From the NCBI GenBank assembly GCA_963819035.1, contig CAWFUU010000017.1:140030-204029 (forward strand): 64,000 bases of DNA, written 5' to 3'. Below the pieces are notes generated by a model. That model was not told the DNA's origin. It ran no database searches and saw nothing but the letters and a program-made list of their open reading frames with translations. Positions 8,282-17,515 of the stretch are shown piece by piece. The position numbers and the translations under genes were made by a program. How positions within the stretch are numbered: the stretch's first letter is position 1; every line of letters begins with the position of its first letter. Origin of the DNA: an uncultured Acidobacteriaceae bacterium. GTDB taxonomy: Bacteria > Acidobacteriota > Terriglobia > Terriglobales > Acidobacteriaceae.

Positions 8282-10177
8282 ATGCCCCCATCGCTCGACG
8301 AGTTACTCACTAACCTTGAAGCAACAAAAAGCAGCTTCGGTCCGCAAGCAGCTGCCAATACGCAGAAAGTACTCAACCAGCTCTCCCGCAGCGAATTCCC
8401 CGACGCAAAATCTCTTCTTCGCTTCCACGAAGCGCTGCTCTTTCTTCGTGCCTTCCCTCAGTCGAAATCGCTAGTCGCGGATGCTGAGAAGATATTGAAC
8501 GCGTTCCACCGGCGCGTCGAAAAACTTCGCCAACAGGGCGCGGACATGTCGGTGTTTGACGACTTCGATACCTCGGGCGTTGCCGGCACCATCATGCAGG
8601 ACACGCTCAATTTCGAAGCCGCCCGCTGGATTGCCCGCCGCATCCCGCACAACATAGAAATCGCGTGGGACAACTACTGGGACGACCCTCAATCCGAGCG
8701 CGCCCTCGGCGCGACCTGGCCCCGCTTCATTCCGCTGCTCGAAGAAGATGCCGACGTCGAGGCCAACATTCCGTGGCCGCGCTGGCTCGACGCCGCCCGT
8801 GGCCGCGACCGTGACCTGCCCTGGCTCATTCGCCAGTTCGAGGCCTTGCCCCTGTCCGATCGCGAACGCGCCGAACTCTACGATTCGCTGCGCCTTCCTA
8901 TCCGTTGGCGTCTCGAGAATCTGAAGCTCTCCCGCACCCTCAACTGGAGCCGCCCACACCGCTTCTTCTTCCACGACGGGCCCCTCATCCCCCGCAGCCA
9001 AGTCTCTCTGGCGAGGGAACTCGCGCGCCCCGCTCCACGATTGGTGAAGCTCCCGCCGCCCGAAGGCGAAGCTGTCATGCGCACGATTCGCGAAGTAATG
9101 CTGGTGCGCTATCGTGAACTCTATGGCACCACGCTCGGCGATCCCCGTTCCGTCGTACGGGCCGATCTTGGCACCGACCCCGATGGCCGCGGCGTCGTCA
9201 TCCATCTCTGGAATCTTCGCCGCGCGCGCCGCCTCCCGCTCCGCGCCTACGTCGCCGGATTCACCCTGAAAAACGGTGTCCCCATCAACTACATCGAGGC
9301 CATCGGACTCTGCGAATGGGTCGAGGTCGGCTTCAACACCTTCTACACCTACCGCCAGGGAGAAACAGCCTGGATCTACGCCCAGGCCCTGCGCTGCCTC
9401 CGCGCCTTCACCGGTGCCACGACGATCTCGGTCTACCCGTACCAGATCGGCCAGAACAACGACGAAGCCCTCGACTCCGGCGCCTTCTGGTTCTACCGAA
9501 AGTTGGGTTTCCGCTCCGGACGTCCGGACCTGGAGCAACTGGCCAGAAGGGAAGAGCAGAGAATCGCCGCCAACCCGCAATACCGCACCCCGAAGAAAAC
9601 GCTAAAGCACCTTGCCGAGGCGCACATATTCTACGAACTGGACCGGTCGGCACTTTCGAAGAGCCCGGCTTTTGATAGCGCGCCGCAGACCGGGAACGGC
9701 ACGACGAGAACCGGACTCAGTTCGCAGCAAACCGGGAAGGGCACGACTTCCAGTCGTGCCACAAAACCGGCGTCCCCGACTTGGGCTTTAGCCCCTGAGG
9801 GCTCGTGGGATACTTTCTCCATCCGCAATCTGGCCCTGCGCGTGAACCGCCGCATGGCCCGCGAGTTCAACGGAGACACCAATCGCATCCGCCGCGCGTC
9901 CGTAGCCGAAGTCACCCGCGCGTTCAACGTCAACTTGTCCCGCTGGAGTTCGGCAGAGCGCCATGCCTTCGAGAATTGGTCTCTGGTGCTGGCCCTAATT
10001 CCTGATCTGAGCCGCTGGTCCCCAAGAGAAAAGCAAGACGCTGTCAAGATCATTCGTGCGCAAGCCGGCCCCCACGAAATGCGCTACCAGCGCCTAACCC
10101 AGCACCACGCGCGTCTGCGCAAAGAACTCCTGCGCCTGGGATCATGTGGGGCGGACACTCCTGTCCGCCGCTTTTGA
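8282..10177 (+). CDS. Large hypothetical protein with a GNAT-like motif (AFWFYRKLGF); carries an in-frame repeat-derived insert
   Basis: ORF 8207-10177. Start moved to ATG 8282, downstream of the terminator hairpin. No family recognised beyond the FYxKxGF-type acetyltransferase signature. Confidence 0.6.
   Translation: MPPSLDELLTNLEATKSSFGPQAAANTQKVLNQLSRSEFPDAKSLLRFHEALLFLRAFPQSKSLVADAEKILNAFHRRVEKLRQQGADMSVFDDFDTSGVAGTIMQDTLNFEAARWIARRIPHNIEIAWDNYWDDPQSERALGATWPRFIPLLEEDADVEANIPWPRWLDAARGRDRDLPWLIRQFEALPLSDRERAELYDSLRLPIRWRLENLKLSRTLNWSRPHRFFFHDGPLIPRSQVSLARELARPAPRLVKLPPPEGEAVMRTIREVMLVRYRELYGTTLGDPRSVVRADLGTDPDGRGVVIHLWNLRRARRLPLRAYVAGFTLKNGVPINYIEAIGLCEWVEVGFNTFYTYRQGETAWIYAQALRCLRAFTGATTISVYPYQIGQNNDEALDSGAFWFYRKLGFRSGRPDLEQLARREEQRIAANPQYRTPKKTLKHLAEAHIFYELDRSALSKSPAFDSAPQTGNGTTRTGLSSQQTGKGTTSSRATKPASPTWALAPEGSWDTFSIRNLALRVNRRMAREFNGDTNRIRRASVAEVTRAFNVNLSRWSSAERHAFENWSLVLALIPDLSRWSPREKQDAVKIIRAQAGPHEMRYQRLTQHHARLRKELLRLGSCGADTPVRRF
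10145..10169. repeat. REP-like hairpin (TGTGGG-GGCGGACA-ctcc-TGTCCGCC), within the 3' end of the CDS
   Basis: 8-bp perfect stem, 4-nt loop, TGTGGG flank. Same architecture as the elements at 20069, 23654, 28682, 30920 and 45413. Confidence 0.7.
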
Positions 10178-10253
10178 CTTTGGTTTTCCTGGTAGGTGTC
10201 CACCCCACACGGCCGATCCGCAGATGCTAGAGTTTTCGGTGTAGCCGGAGCCC

Positions 10254-10673
10254 ATGCCCCACCCCATCCTCCTCTACGACGGTGTCTGCGGACTCTGCAA
10301 CCGCCTCGTCCAATTCATTCTCCGCCGCGATCACGGCGCCGTCTTTCAATTCGCCTCGCTGCAGAGCCCCTTCGCCGCCCACATCCTCAATCGGCACGGC
10401 GTGAACCCCGCCGATCTCGACACGGTCTACGTCATCGTCGAGCATGACCAAGCTGACGAATCGTTGCTTGCGCGTTCCGACGCCGTTCGCAATGTTCTCC
10501 GCCAACTCGGCGGTTTCTGGCGTTTGGCCGGAGGCATGCTGGCGTGGATTCCACGCCCGCTTTGCGACTGGGGATACCGCGTCATCGCCCGCAACCGCTA
10601 TCGAATCTTCGGCCGCTATGACACGTGCCCCCTCCCGAGCGAAGATGTCCGCGCCCGCTTCCTCGATCTTTAG
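10254..10673 (+). CDS. Thiol-disulfide oxidoreductase DCC family protein (DUF393)
   Basis: N-terminal LLYDGVCGLCNRLVQFILRRD, the CxxC motif characteristic of DCC proteins. Confidence 0.85.
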   Translation: MPHPILLYDGVCGLCNRLVQFILRRDHGAVFQFASLQSPFAAHILNRHGVNPADLDTVYVIVEHDQADESLLARSDAVRNVLRQLGGFWRLAGGMLAWIPRPLCDWGYRVIARNRYRIFGRYDTCPLPSEDVRARFLDL

Positions 10674-10874
10674 AGTCCCCACGCGACGGAATCGGCGAGC
10701 CTCAGGGAGAAAAACCGATGGGCCTAGCGCCTTTGCTGGCAGCTTCCCTTGACCACACCCAATTGTGATCCGAATCACATCCTGCCGTTCGCTGTGTAGA
10801 ATAGACTCGTCGAATTTCGTGCTGCCTTCACCCGGGGCGGCCCGAACACATTCCTCCTCGTCGAGGTTCTCATC

Positions 10875-12851
10875 ATGCCCGAGAAAGCCGTCGTCGATCA
10901 GCAATCCACCAACATCGATTCCATCCTGCAGGAGCAGCGCAAGTTCGAGCCCCCCTCCGAATTCTCCAAACAGGCCCACGTGAAGAGCCTCGCAGAGTAC
11001 GAGCGCCTCTATCAGGAATCCATCGACGACCCTGACAAATTCTGGTCGCGCATTGCCGGTGAACTCCACTGGTTCAAAAAGTGGGACAAAGTTCTCGAAT
11101 GGAATTGCCCGTGGGCCAAATGGTTTGTCGGCGGCGAGATCAACCTCTCCTACAACTGCCTCGATCGCCACGTCACGACTCACCGCAAGAATAAGGCCGC
11201 CATCATCTGGGAGGGCGAGCCCGGCGAAGTCCGCGTCCTGACCTACCAGCAGCTTCACCGCGAAGTGCAGAAGTTCGCCAACGTCCTGAAATCGCTAGGC
11301 GTGAAGAAAGGCGACCGGGTCGCCATCTACATGGGCATGGCGCCCGAGCTGGCCATCGCCATGCTGGCCTGCGCCCGCATCGGCGCGCCGCACACCGTGG
11401 TCTTCGGCGGATTCTCCTCCAACGCCCTGGTCGATCGCATCCACGACTCGCAAGCCTCCGCCGTCATCACGCAAGACGGATCCTACCGCCGCGGCGCCGA
11501 GGTCAAATTGTTCCCCGCCGTCGAAGAAGCGTTGAAGTCCTGTCCCAGCGTCAAGCACGTCATCATCTACAAGCGCACCGGAACCGCCATCAACACCCAG
11601 CCCGGTCGCGATCACTGGTGGCACGAGCTCATGGCCAAGGCATCCGACGTCTGCCCCGCCGAGCCACTCGACGCCGAGCATCCTCTCTACATCCTCTACA
11701 CCTCGGGCACTACGGGCAAACCAAAAGGCGTCGTCCACACCACCGCCGGATACTCCGTCGGGACCTACCTGACCACCAAGTGGGTCTTCGATCTGAAAGA
11801 CGAAGACACCTACTGGTGTACCGCCGACATCGGCTGGGTCACCGGACACAGCTACATCGTCTACGGCCCGCTGCAAAACGGCGCCACCAGCCTGATGTAC
11901 GAAGGCGCTCCCAATTTCCCCGAGCCCGACCGCTTCTGGTCGATCATCGCTCGCCACAAAGTCAACGTCTTCTATACCGCCCCCACTGCCATCCGCACCT
12001 TCATCAAGTGGGGCGACGAGTGGCCCAAGAAACATGACATGAGCAGCCTGCGCCTGCTGGGCACAGTCGGCGAACCCATCAATCCCGAAGCCTGGATGTG
12101 GTACCGCGAAACCATCGGCGGCAACCGCTGCCCCATCGTCGACACTTGGTGGCAAACGGAAACGGGCCACATCATGCTGACGCCGATCCCTGGCGCGATT
12201 GCGACCAAGCCCGGCTCCGCCACGCGCCCGTTTCCTGGTGTCGTCGCCGATATCGTCACCATGGACGGCACCCCTGTGCCCGCAGGCTCCGGCGGGTTCC
12301 TCGTCATCAAGCGTCCGTGGCCCGGTATGTTGCGCACCGTCTATGGCGACCCCGACCGCTACGTAAAGAACTACTGGTCGCAAATCCCCGGCATGTATTT
12401 CACCGGCGACGGCGCCCGCAAAGATAAAGACGGATATTTCTGGATCATGGGCCGCGTCGACGATGTGCTCAATGTGAGCGGCCATCGCCTAAGCACGATG
12501 GAAGTCGAAAGCGCCCTGGTCGCGCACGAGGCCGTAGCCGAAGCCGCGGTAGTCGGCCGTCCCGACGATCTGAAGGGCCAAGCCATCTCAGCCTTCGTCA
12601 CGCTCGAGCAGGGAAGGCAGCCCACGCTCGAACTGAAAGAAGAGCTGCGCAAGTGGGTGGCCAAAGAAATCGGCGCCCTGGCCAAGCCGGACGACATCCG
12701 CTTCACCGACACGCTCCCAAAAACACGCAGCGGCAAAATTATGCGCCGCCTCCTCCGCGAGCTAGCCAGCAGCGGCGACGTCAAGGGCGACACCACCACG
12801 CTGGAAGATTTCGGCGTGATTGCAAGACTGAAGGAGCAGGACGAAGTCTAA
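10875..12851 (+). CDS. acs: Acetyl-CoA synthetase
   Basis: 658 aa with AMP-binding motif [13 protein letters not shown]-terminal [21 protein letters not shown] and C-terminal [15 protein letters not shown]. Confidence 0.95.
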   Translation: MPEKAVVDQQSTNIDSILQEQRKFEPPSEFSKQAHVKSLAEYERLYQESIDDPDKFWSRIAGELHWFKKWDKVLEWNCPWAKWFVGGEINLSYNCLDRHVTTHRKNKAAIIWEGEPGEVRVLTYQQLHREVQKFANVLKSLGVKKGDRVAIYMGMAPELAIAMLACARIGAPHTVVFGGFSSNALVDRIHDSQASAVITQDGSYRRGAEVKLFPAVEEALKSCPSVKHVIIYKRTGTAINTQPGRDHWWHELMAKASDVCPAEPLDAEHPLYILYTSGTTGKPKGVVHTTAGYSVGTYLTTKWVFDLKDEDTYWCTADIGWVTGHSYIVYGPLQNGATSLMYEGAPNFPEPDRFWSIIARHKVNVFYTAPTAIRTFIKWGDEWPKKHDMSSLRLLGTVGEPINPEAWMWYRETIGGNRCPIVDTWWQTETGHIMLTPIPGAIATKPGSATRPFPGVVADIVTMDGTPVPAGSGGFLVIKRPWPGMLRTVYGDPDRYVKNYWSQIPGMYFTGDGARKDKDGYFWIMGRVDDVLNVSGHRLSTMEVESALVAHEAVAEAAVVGRPDDLKGQAISAFVTLEQGRQPTLELKEELRKWVAKEIGALAKPDDIRFTDTLPKTRSGKIMRRLLRELASSGDVKGDTTTLEDFGVIARLKEQDEV

Positions 12852-13165
12852 AATCTCCATTGCTGAAATCGCAGGGCAAATGTAAGCTCGTGCCCCCAAG
12901 GGTTACACCTCAGCATCCCAGGCCTGACCATTCGTCCGCACCCAGAATCTTCGGCCTAGCGCGTCGATGAGTGCTATGGCGATTAAATCAACCATCCCAA
13001 GTCAACGGCAGGGGGGTGAGGACTCGAAGACTGTCGTTGACGCGGACAGATTGATGAAGAACTCTGCGAAGGCCCGGACGCCGGTCTTAGCTGTTGGCCA
13101 GGACCGACGCCCCACGATCTTCACTGCCGTTCTCGCGGAGAATCGCTGGTTCGGGAATGCGCAAT

Positions 13166-14614
13166 CTACGGCGTCACGATGAACTTCTTGTTGCTGGTCA
13201 ACCTGCCGCTGGAGGTTGTTACCGTGACGAAGCCTGTCGTCGCACCAGCGGGAACTTTGCTGCACAGAGAAGTCGCCGATTGCAGGTTCACTTCTGCGGG
13301 CGTTCCATTGAAGGCAACGGTGGTGGAAGAGTTGAAGCCCTGTCCTAGAATCTCGACAGAACTTCCCACCGGACCCATTGATTGAACCGTCCGGACGAAT
13401 GGCGGCAAGTTGCCGTCCCAACTGTAGAAGACACCGCAATAAAGGGTTTGATCGCACCCGCCGCCCCTAAAGGTGGCGCCGTACAGCAGCCCATTGGTGT
13501 GCTGGACCGGGGTGGTCAGGGGGAACTCGCCGGAACCGCTGCCGTCGAAGGTGTAGAGCACCGAGTAAGTCCCTTCTGGCGTAATCTGGAATAAGGTGCC
13601 GCAGCCCTGTTCGCACCAAAAGGGTCCGTTTGGCTGTGGGGTCCCTAAAATCGAGGCGGTGCCGTAGAGGTTCCCATCTGTCGCCTGCACCAACCCGGTA
13701 CGCGGGTTACTTCCGTCTGTCGTCCCGTTCAGGGTGTGCAAAACGGTCAGCGTTCCGCTCGCTGTGATCTTGAAAACTGTTCCGGTTCCAGGCCCAAATG
13801 TGCCGAAATTCTTGACCCCGCTTGTTGTCCCGTAAAAGTAGCCATCGTTGCCCTGGACTAGGGGACTCCAGGGGTGCCCATTGGTTTCATCAAAGTTGGC
13901 GAGCACCGTCAGCACCGCCGCCTTGCCGGGGCGGAGCTTGAGTTGGAAAACCACCCCTCCACCCTCGGTCCCGCCATTCACCGTCGTCCCGTAAAGATTC
14001 CCATCCGCGCCTAGAACCATCGGCGCGGCGGGATTGCAACCGTGCTGGTTGTCAAACTGGTACAAAAGCGTGAATCCGGCCTGCGTCATTTTGTAGATCG
14101 TGCCGCAGCCCGACGACCCTCCCCCGAGCTGCGCCACACCATAGAAACTACCGTCTGCTCCCTCGATCGGCGGCGCGTAGGGATACCCCCATGGCCCCCC
14201 GTCCTTGCCTCCGGTGAGGCTGTAGAGTGTGGTAAGCTGCCCGGTTTGCGACACGTCGAAGATGGTTCCACCAGTGCCGAGAAAGTGCCCGTCCGGGCGC
14301 AGGGTTAAGCCACTCATAGACCCCCCACCACAAATCTCAGTCGAACACCAGACGTACAGAGCTTTCTCGTTTCCCGCCGGGGTAATCTTGTAAATCCCCC
14401 CACCGGAGTAGGGAAGGCTGTACCCATCCCCGCCGGCTGCCGTGCCGTATAAGGCGCCGTCTTCGCCCTGCGCCACCGCTCCGATCGGGTAGGCGACATT
14501 GCTTTCGAAGCCATACAGCGCAGAAAAGGTCTGAGCGTGAGTGGGCGTGGTTACGGCCGTCACGAGCATGGCCAGCAGCGCGATAGCAATCTGATACTTC
14601 ATCATTCTCGTCAT
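13166..14614 (-). CDS. Secreted Gloeo_Verruco (GloVer) tandem-repeat beta-propeller-like protein with C-terminal IPT/TIG-like domain
   Basis: Repeats such as GTVFKITASGTLTVLHTL...DGSNPRTGLVQATDGNLYGT occur about 7 times. Start at ATG 14614 (MTRMMKYQIAIALLAMLVTAV) after AGGTGA. The C-terminus (VEILGQGFNSSTTVAFNGTPA) is IPT-like. Confidence 0.8.
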   Translation of the reverse strand: MTRMMKYQIAIALLAMLVTAVTTPTHAQTFSALYGFESNVAYPIGAVAQGEDGALYGTAAGGDGYSLPYSGGGIYKITPAGNEKALYVWCSTEICGGGSMSGLTLRPDGHFLGTGGTIFDVSQTGQLTTLYSLTGGKDGGPWGYPYAPPIEGADGSFYGVAQLGGGSSGCGTIYKMTQAGFTLLYQFDNQHGCNPAAPMVLGADGNLYGTTVNGGTEGGGVVFQLKLRPGKAAVLTVLANFDETNGHPWSPLVQGNDGYFYGTTSGVKNFGTFGPGTGTVFKITASGTLTVLHTLNGTTDGSNPRTGLVQATDGNLYGTASILGTPQPNGPFWCEQGCGTLFQITPEGTYSVLYTFDGSGSGEFPLTTPVQHTNGLLYGATFRGGGCDQTLYCGVFYSWDGNLPPFVRTVQSMGPVGSSVEILGQGFNSSTTVAFNGTPAEVNLQSATSLCSKVPAGATTGFVTVTTSSGRLTSNKKFIVTP

Positions 14615-15027
14615 AGGTTCACCTGTATGCTTCTCGGGGGAGACCACCCCGTGCGGGTGAGTGGAGTTAAAACGGGGTTCGTGCGAGTACCAACATTCTA
14701 CGCCAGCCAAGTTGCTTCTCAAGATGAAAGATTTTGCGACCGCATCAGGAGCGCCCTGACATCAAAGGTCGATGTTATAACTAGGCGCGTTAGCGCTCAC
14801 CGACCCCTGCGTCCACTTGACGTCCCGTGTTATTCTTCTTGACGTACCTCGCGGGCCCCGCGCGCTGACTTACCCAGCGCCACCGACAATGAGGCGGCCC
14901 TACCTGCGCTCCCCTCGCAGGGAGCGTGGATGGAGGCGTTGCGAACACATGATCTTGGTGTGCGTCGCGCCTCCCGACGAAATCTCGGCCGCGCCCCACC
15001 TTGAACCAAATCAACAGGAGAATGCCC

Positions 15028-15420
15028 ATGAAATTCCAGAAGCTCACGCCCAATCTTGTAGTCCGCGATGTCACCGCCAGCATGGAGTTCTACCGCTCCG
15101 TCCTCGGTTTTCAACCCGCCATCACCGTGCCCGATAATCCACCGTACGTCTTCGGATCGGTCACGAGCGGCGGGGTCGAGATTTTCTTCAACGACCGCAA
15201 AGCCGTGGCCGAGGACTATCCTCCGCTCGGAGCACGCCCCGCCGGCGGAGCACTCACGCTGTTCATGGAAGTAGAAGGAATCGAAGAGGTGCTGGCCGCG
15301 GTTCAGAAAAGCGGAGCCAAGGTCGTCATGCCTCTCAAAGAGCAGTTCTACGGCATGCGGGAATTCGCCTTCGAGGATCCCGAAGGCTGGATCGTCACTA
15401 TTGCCGAACGTATCAAGTGA
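15028..15420 (+). CDS. VOC/glyoxalase-bleomycin-resistance family protein
   Basis: MKFQKLTPNLVVRDVTASMEFYRSVLGF...YGMREFAFEDPEGWIVTI. AGGAG lies 7 nt upstream of ATG 15028. Confidence 0.8.
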   Translation: MKFQKLTPNLVVRDVTASMEFYRSVLGFQPAITVPDNPPYVFGSVTSGGVEIFFNDRKAVAEDYPPLGARPAGGALTLFMEVEGIEEVLAAVQKSGAKVVMPLKEQFYGMREFAFEDPEGWIVTIAERIK

Positions 15421-15514
15421 GGTCGCAGTAAGCACGCAAGGGCACAGGACCGAGAAGGCGGTTACCTCTCTCGACTCCTGCGCCCTTCGTGATTCGAAAA
15501 GCCTCGACCAGTGG

Positions 15515-15976
15515 CTATTGCACGTGGATCATCTTGGTGGCTGGATCCAGCGTTCCGTGCACACGCACTTTCTTTCCTTCAAACTTCTTCACTTCATCCT
15601 GATGGTCAATGTCATAGGTCGTGCCCGTGGCCGCTTCCTGGAATACATATTTGCTGCCTTGTTTCACCACGGTTCCGACAAACTCTTTGCTGCCGCTGGC
15701 ATCGGGCTGCTGCGCCTGATCCTGCGAAGGCTGAGTCTGATTGGGAGTCTGCTGGTCCGGTTGCTGCTGCGACCGTGCCGGAGGTTCCTGGCTGTCCGGC
15801 GATTGCGACTGCGCCGGAGGCGCTTGGCTGTCAGGCGCCTGTTGCGGTTGTTGCGTCTGCGGCGGTTGCTGTGGAGCTTTGTTATTTTGCGCATGCAGCA
15901 AACTTCCAAAGCACACCATCGCCATGACTACCGCGAGTATGGCGACGAAGGAAAGAGATTCAGTCCGTTTTCTCAC
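15515..15976 (-). CDS. Secreted protein with a Gln/Pro-rich linker and a small C-terminal beta domain (DUF5818-like)
   Basis: GTG 15976 preceded by GGAGGA. Signal peptide RKRTESLSFVAILAVVMAMVCFGSLLHA, low-complexity QQPPQTQQPQQAPDSQAPPAQ, and C-terminus FVGTVVKQGSKYVFQEAATGTTYDIDHQDEVKKFEGKKVRVHGTLD. Confidence 0.6.
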   Translation of the reverse strand: MRKRTESLSFVAILAVVMAMVCFGSLLHAQNNKAPQQPPQTQQPQQAPDSQAPPAQSQSPDSQEPPARSQQQPDQQTPNQTQPSQDQAQQPDASGSKEFVGTVVKQGSKYVFQEAATGTTYDIDHQDEVKKFEGKKVRVHGTLDPATKMIHVQ

Positions 15977-16269
15977 AAGATCCTCCAGAGACTGGGCGCG
16001 CTTGACCTCATCACAGGAGCAAACCGCATGCCAAAGAATTGCTGCTTCCTTACGCAACGATCGGTTCGCCACTGCACTTTGTTCCATTTCAACAAGTTAG
16101 ACGCAGGGCTATCCGGTTCGCACAGAGCGAGCTTCAGCGATTTTTCTGTTCGGAATACGGTGAAGGCTGTAGCGGATCGAGTCGATCTGCTCGAAGACGC
16201 AGCCGATGTGGTGGGCAGAATTTGCTCACATGGGAACATCTGGAGAGGAAGACGCCCAGCACTCGAGCC

Positions 16270-16629
16270 CTACTTGGTCTGTGCGTACTGGTCAGCGCCC
16301 ATGAAATGCAACGATACGTAGGGTTCATCGCCCACGACCCAGCTATCATGCCCCGGCTCAATGAAAAAAAGATCGCCCGCCTTCATCTCGATGACCCGAC
16401 CGTCATCCATTGCCGCCGTGGCACGTCCGGAAATCACCAACCCAACGTGCTCCACCATACAACTCTTCGCGCCTGCCGCCTTGCCCACATGTTCCGACCA
16501 TTTCCAGCCAGGTTCGTAACTCGCTCGCCCAATGGTCAGGCTCCCAATCCGCACGAGCTCGAACTTGCCCTTTTCGAACGTTCGAACCTCATCCGGCTCT
16601 TCAAATCGCTTGAGGATTACCTCGTACAT
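16270..16629 (-). CDS. Cupin domain protein
   Basis: MYEVILKRFEEPDEVRTFEKGKFELVRIG...HVGLVISGRATAAMDDGRVIEMKAGDLFFIEPGHDSW. AGGAGA lies upstream of ATG 16629. Confidence 0.75.
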   Translation of the reverse strand: MYEVILKRFEEPDEVRTFEKGKFELVRIGSLTIGRASYEPGWKWSEHVGKAAGAKSCMVEHVGLVISGRATAAMDDGRVIEMKAGDLFFIEPGHDSWVVGDEPYVSLHFMGADQYAQTK

Positions 16630-16850
16630 GGTTTCTCCTGTAACCATGGATGCACGATGCAAGTCTGAAGATGAAAAAAGGGATGGCCCATTTTCGCTTT
16701 GGAGAAGCGACTGATGCCGCTATCCGGTTGGCCCGTAGGGCAAGAAGTGCATAATTTCGGCTCGGGGTTTCCGTAAACTAGCTGCATACCGTGTGGAGGA
16801 ACTTGGATTTACAGTTGCACGCGCTCAGCCAATCACTACGAAGGAGAAAC

Positions 16851-17345
16851 ATGATGACACCGAAAAGATTAGCAATTGCAAGCGCCGCACTGGTGGCGAG
16901 CCTGGGGGTTTTCGTAGCATTGTCTCCAGCCCAGACGCCAGCCCCGAAACGACCTGCGCCCAAGGTGCCGGCAACAGCCCAGCAGATTGTACCCGCGGAA
17001 TACCAGGCCGGAATTTCGCAATTAAGAGTCGCCAAGGCCTACCTGCAGAAGGCCGGAGACAAGTGGGGCGGATATCGCATCAAGGGCATCGCGGCGATTG
17101 ACCAAACCTTCAGGACGCTCGGCGTGAGTGCAGAGTCAACTCCCAACGAAATGCAGTCCGGCGACGTCGACGAACCCGGCATGATGAACAACGGCATCTC
17201 CAGCCTGCAGACGGCAAGAGGCGAGTTCGAGAAGGCGGCCAGTGATTGGGGAGGCCGCAAGCAGAAAGCCATCGCGCTTATCGATCAGGCCCTCAAGGAT
17301 CTTCAGACCGGGATCGATTGGGCCAAGGAACACAAGACGTATTGA
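16851..17345 (+). CDS. Secreted hypothetical protein with an internal duplicated WGG motif
   Basis: AAGGAGAAAC precedes ATG 16851. Signal peptide MMTPKRLAIASAALVASLGVFVA. The motifs AGDKWGGYRIKGIAAIDQ and ASDWGGRKQKAIALIDQ are duplicated. Confidence 0.65.
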   Translation: MMTPKRLAIASAALVASLGVFVALSPAQTPAPKRPAPKVPATAQQIVPAEYQAGISQLRVAKAYLQKAGDKWGGYRIKGIAAIDQTFRTLGVSAESTPNEMQSGDVDEPGMMNNGISSLQTARGEFEKAASDWGGRKQKAIALIDQALKDLQTGIDWAKEHKTY

Positions 17346-17452
17346 CGCGAAAGTCCCAATAACAACGTCAACGAGTGCTACGCCAATATTGTCGCCGTTT
17401 CCCCGCTCCGCCAGTTACGTCATGACCTACGGATCCGGACTTCTAGCAGAAA

Positions 17453-17475
17453 GGGCCACGGTTTGCCCGTAGCCC
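17453..17475. terminator. Hairpin between convergent genes (hypothetical + and pnp -)
   Basis: gggccacgg-tttgc-ccgtagccc: 9-bp stem with 1 mismatch. On the reverse strand it is followed by tttctgc. Confidence 0.45.
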
Positions 17476-17515
17476 CTTCTTGGTCTGATCCGTGCGAATC
17501 CGCGAAGATCCGTGG

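Noticed and set aside
10227-12485. Long minus-strand ORFs 10227-11258 and 11295-12485
   Set aside because: Antisense to the DCC gene and acs. No recognisable motifs.
12852-13165. 314-nt gap after acs with overlapping short ORFs (12967-13182 plus strand, 13002-13457 minus strand)
   Set aside because: The translations match no family I recognise and overlap each other. This is possibly a decayed gene but cannot be supported.
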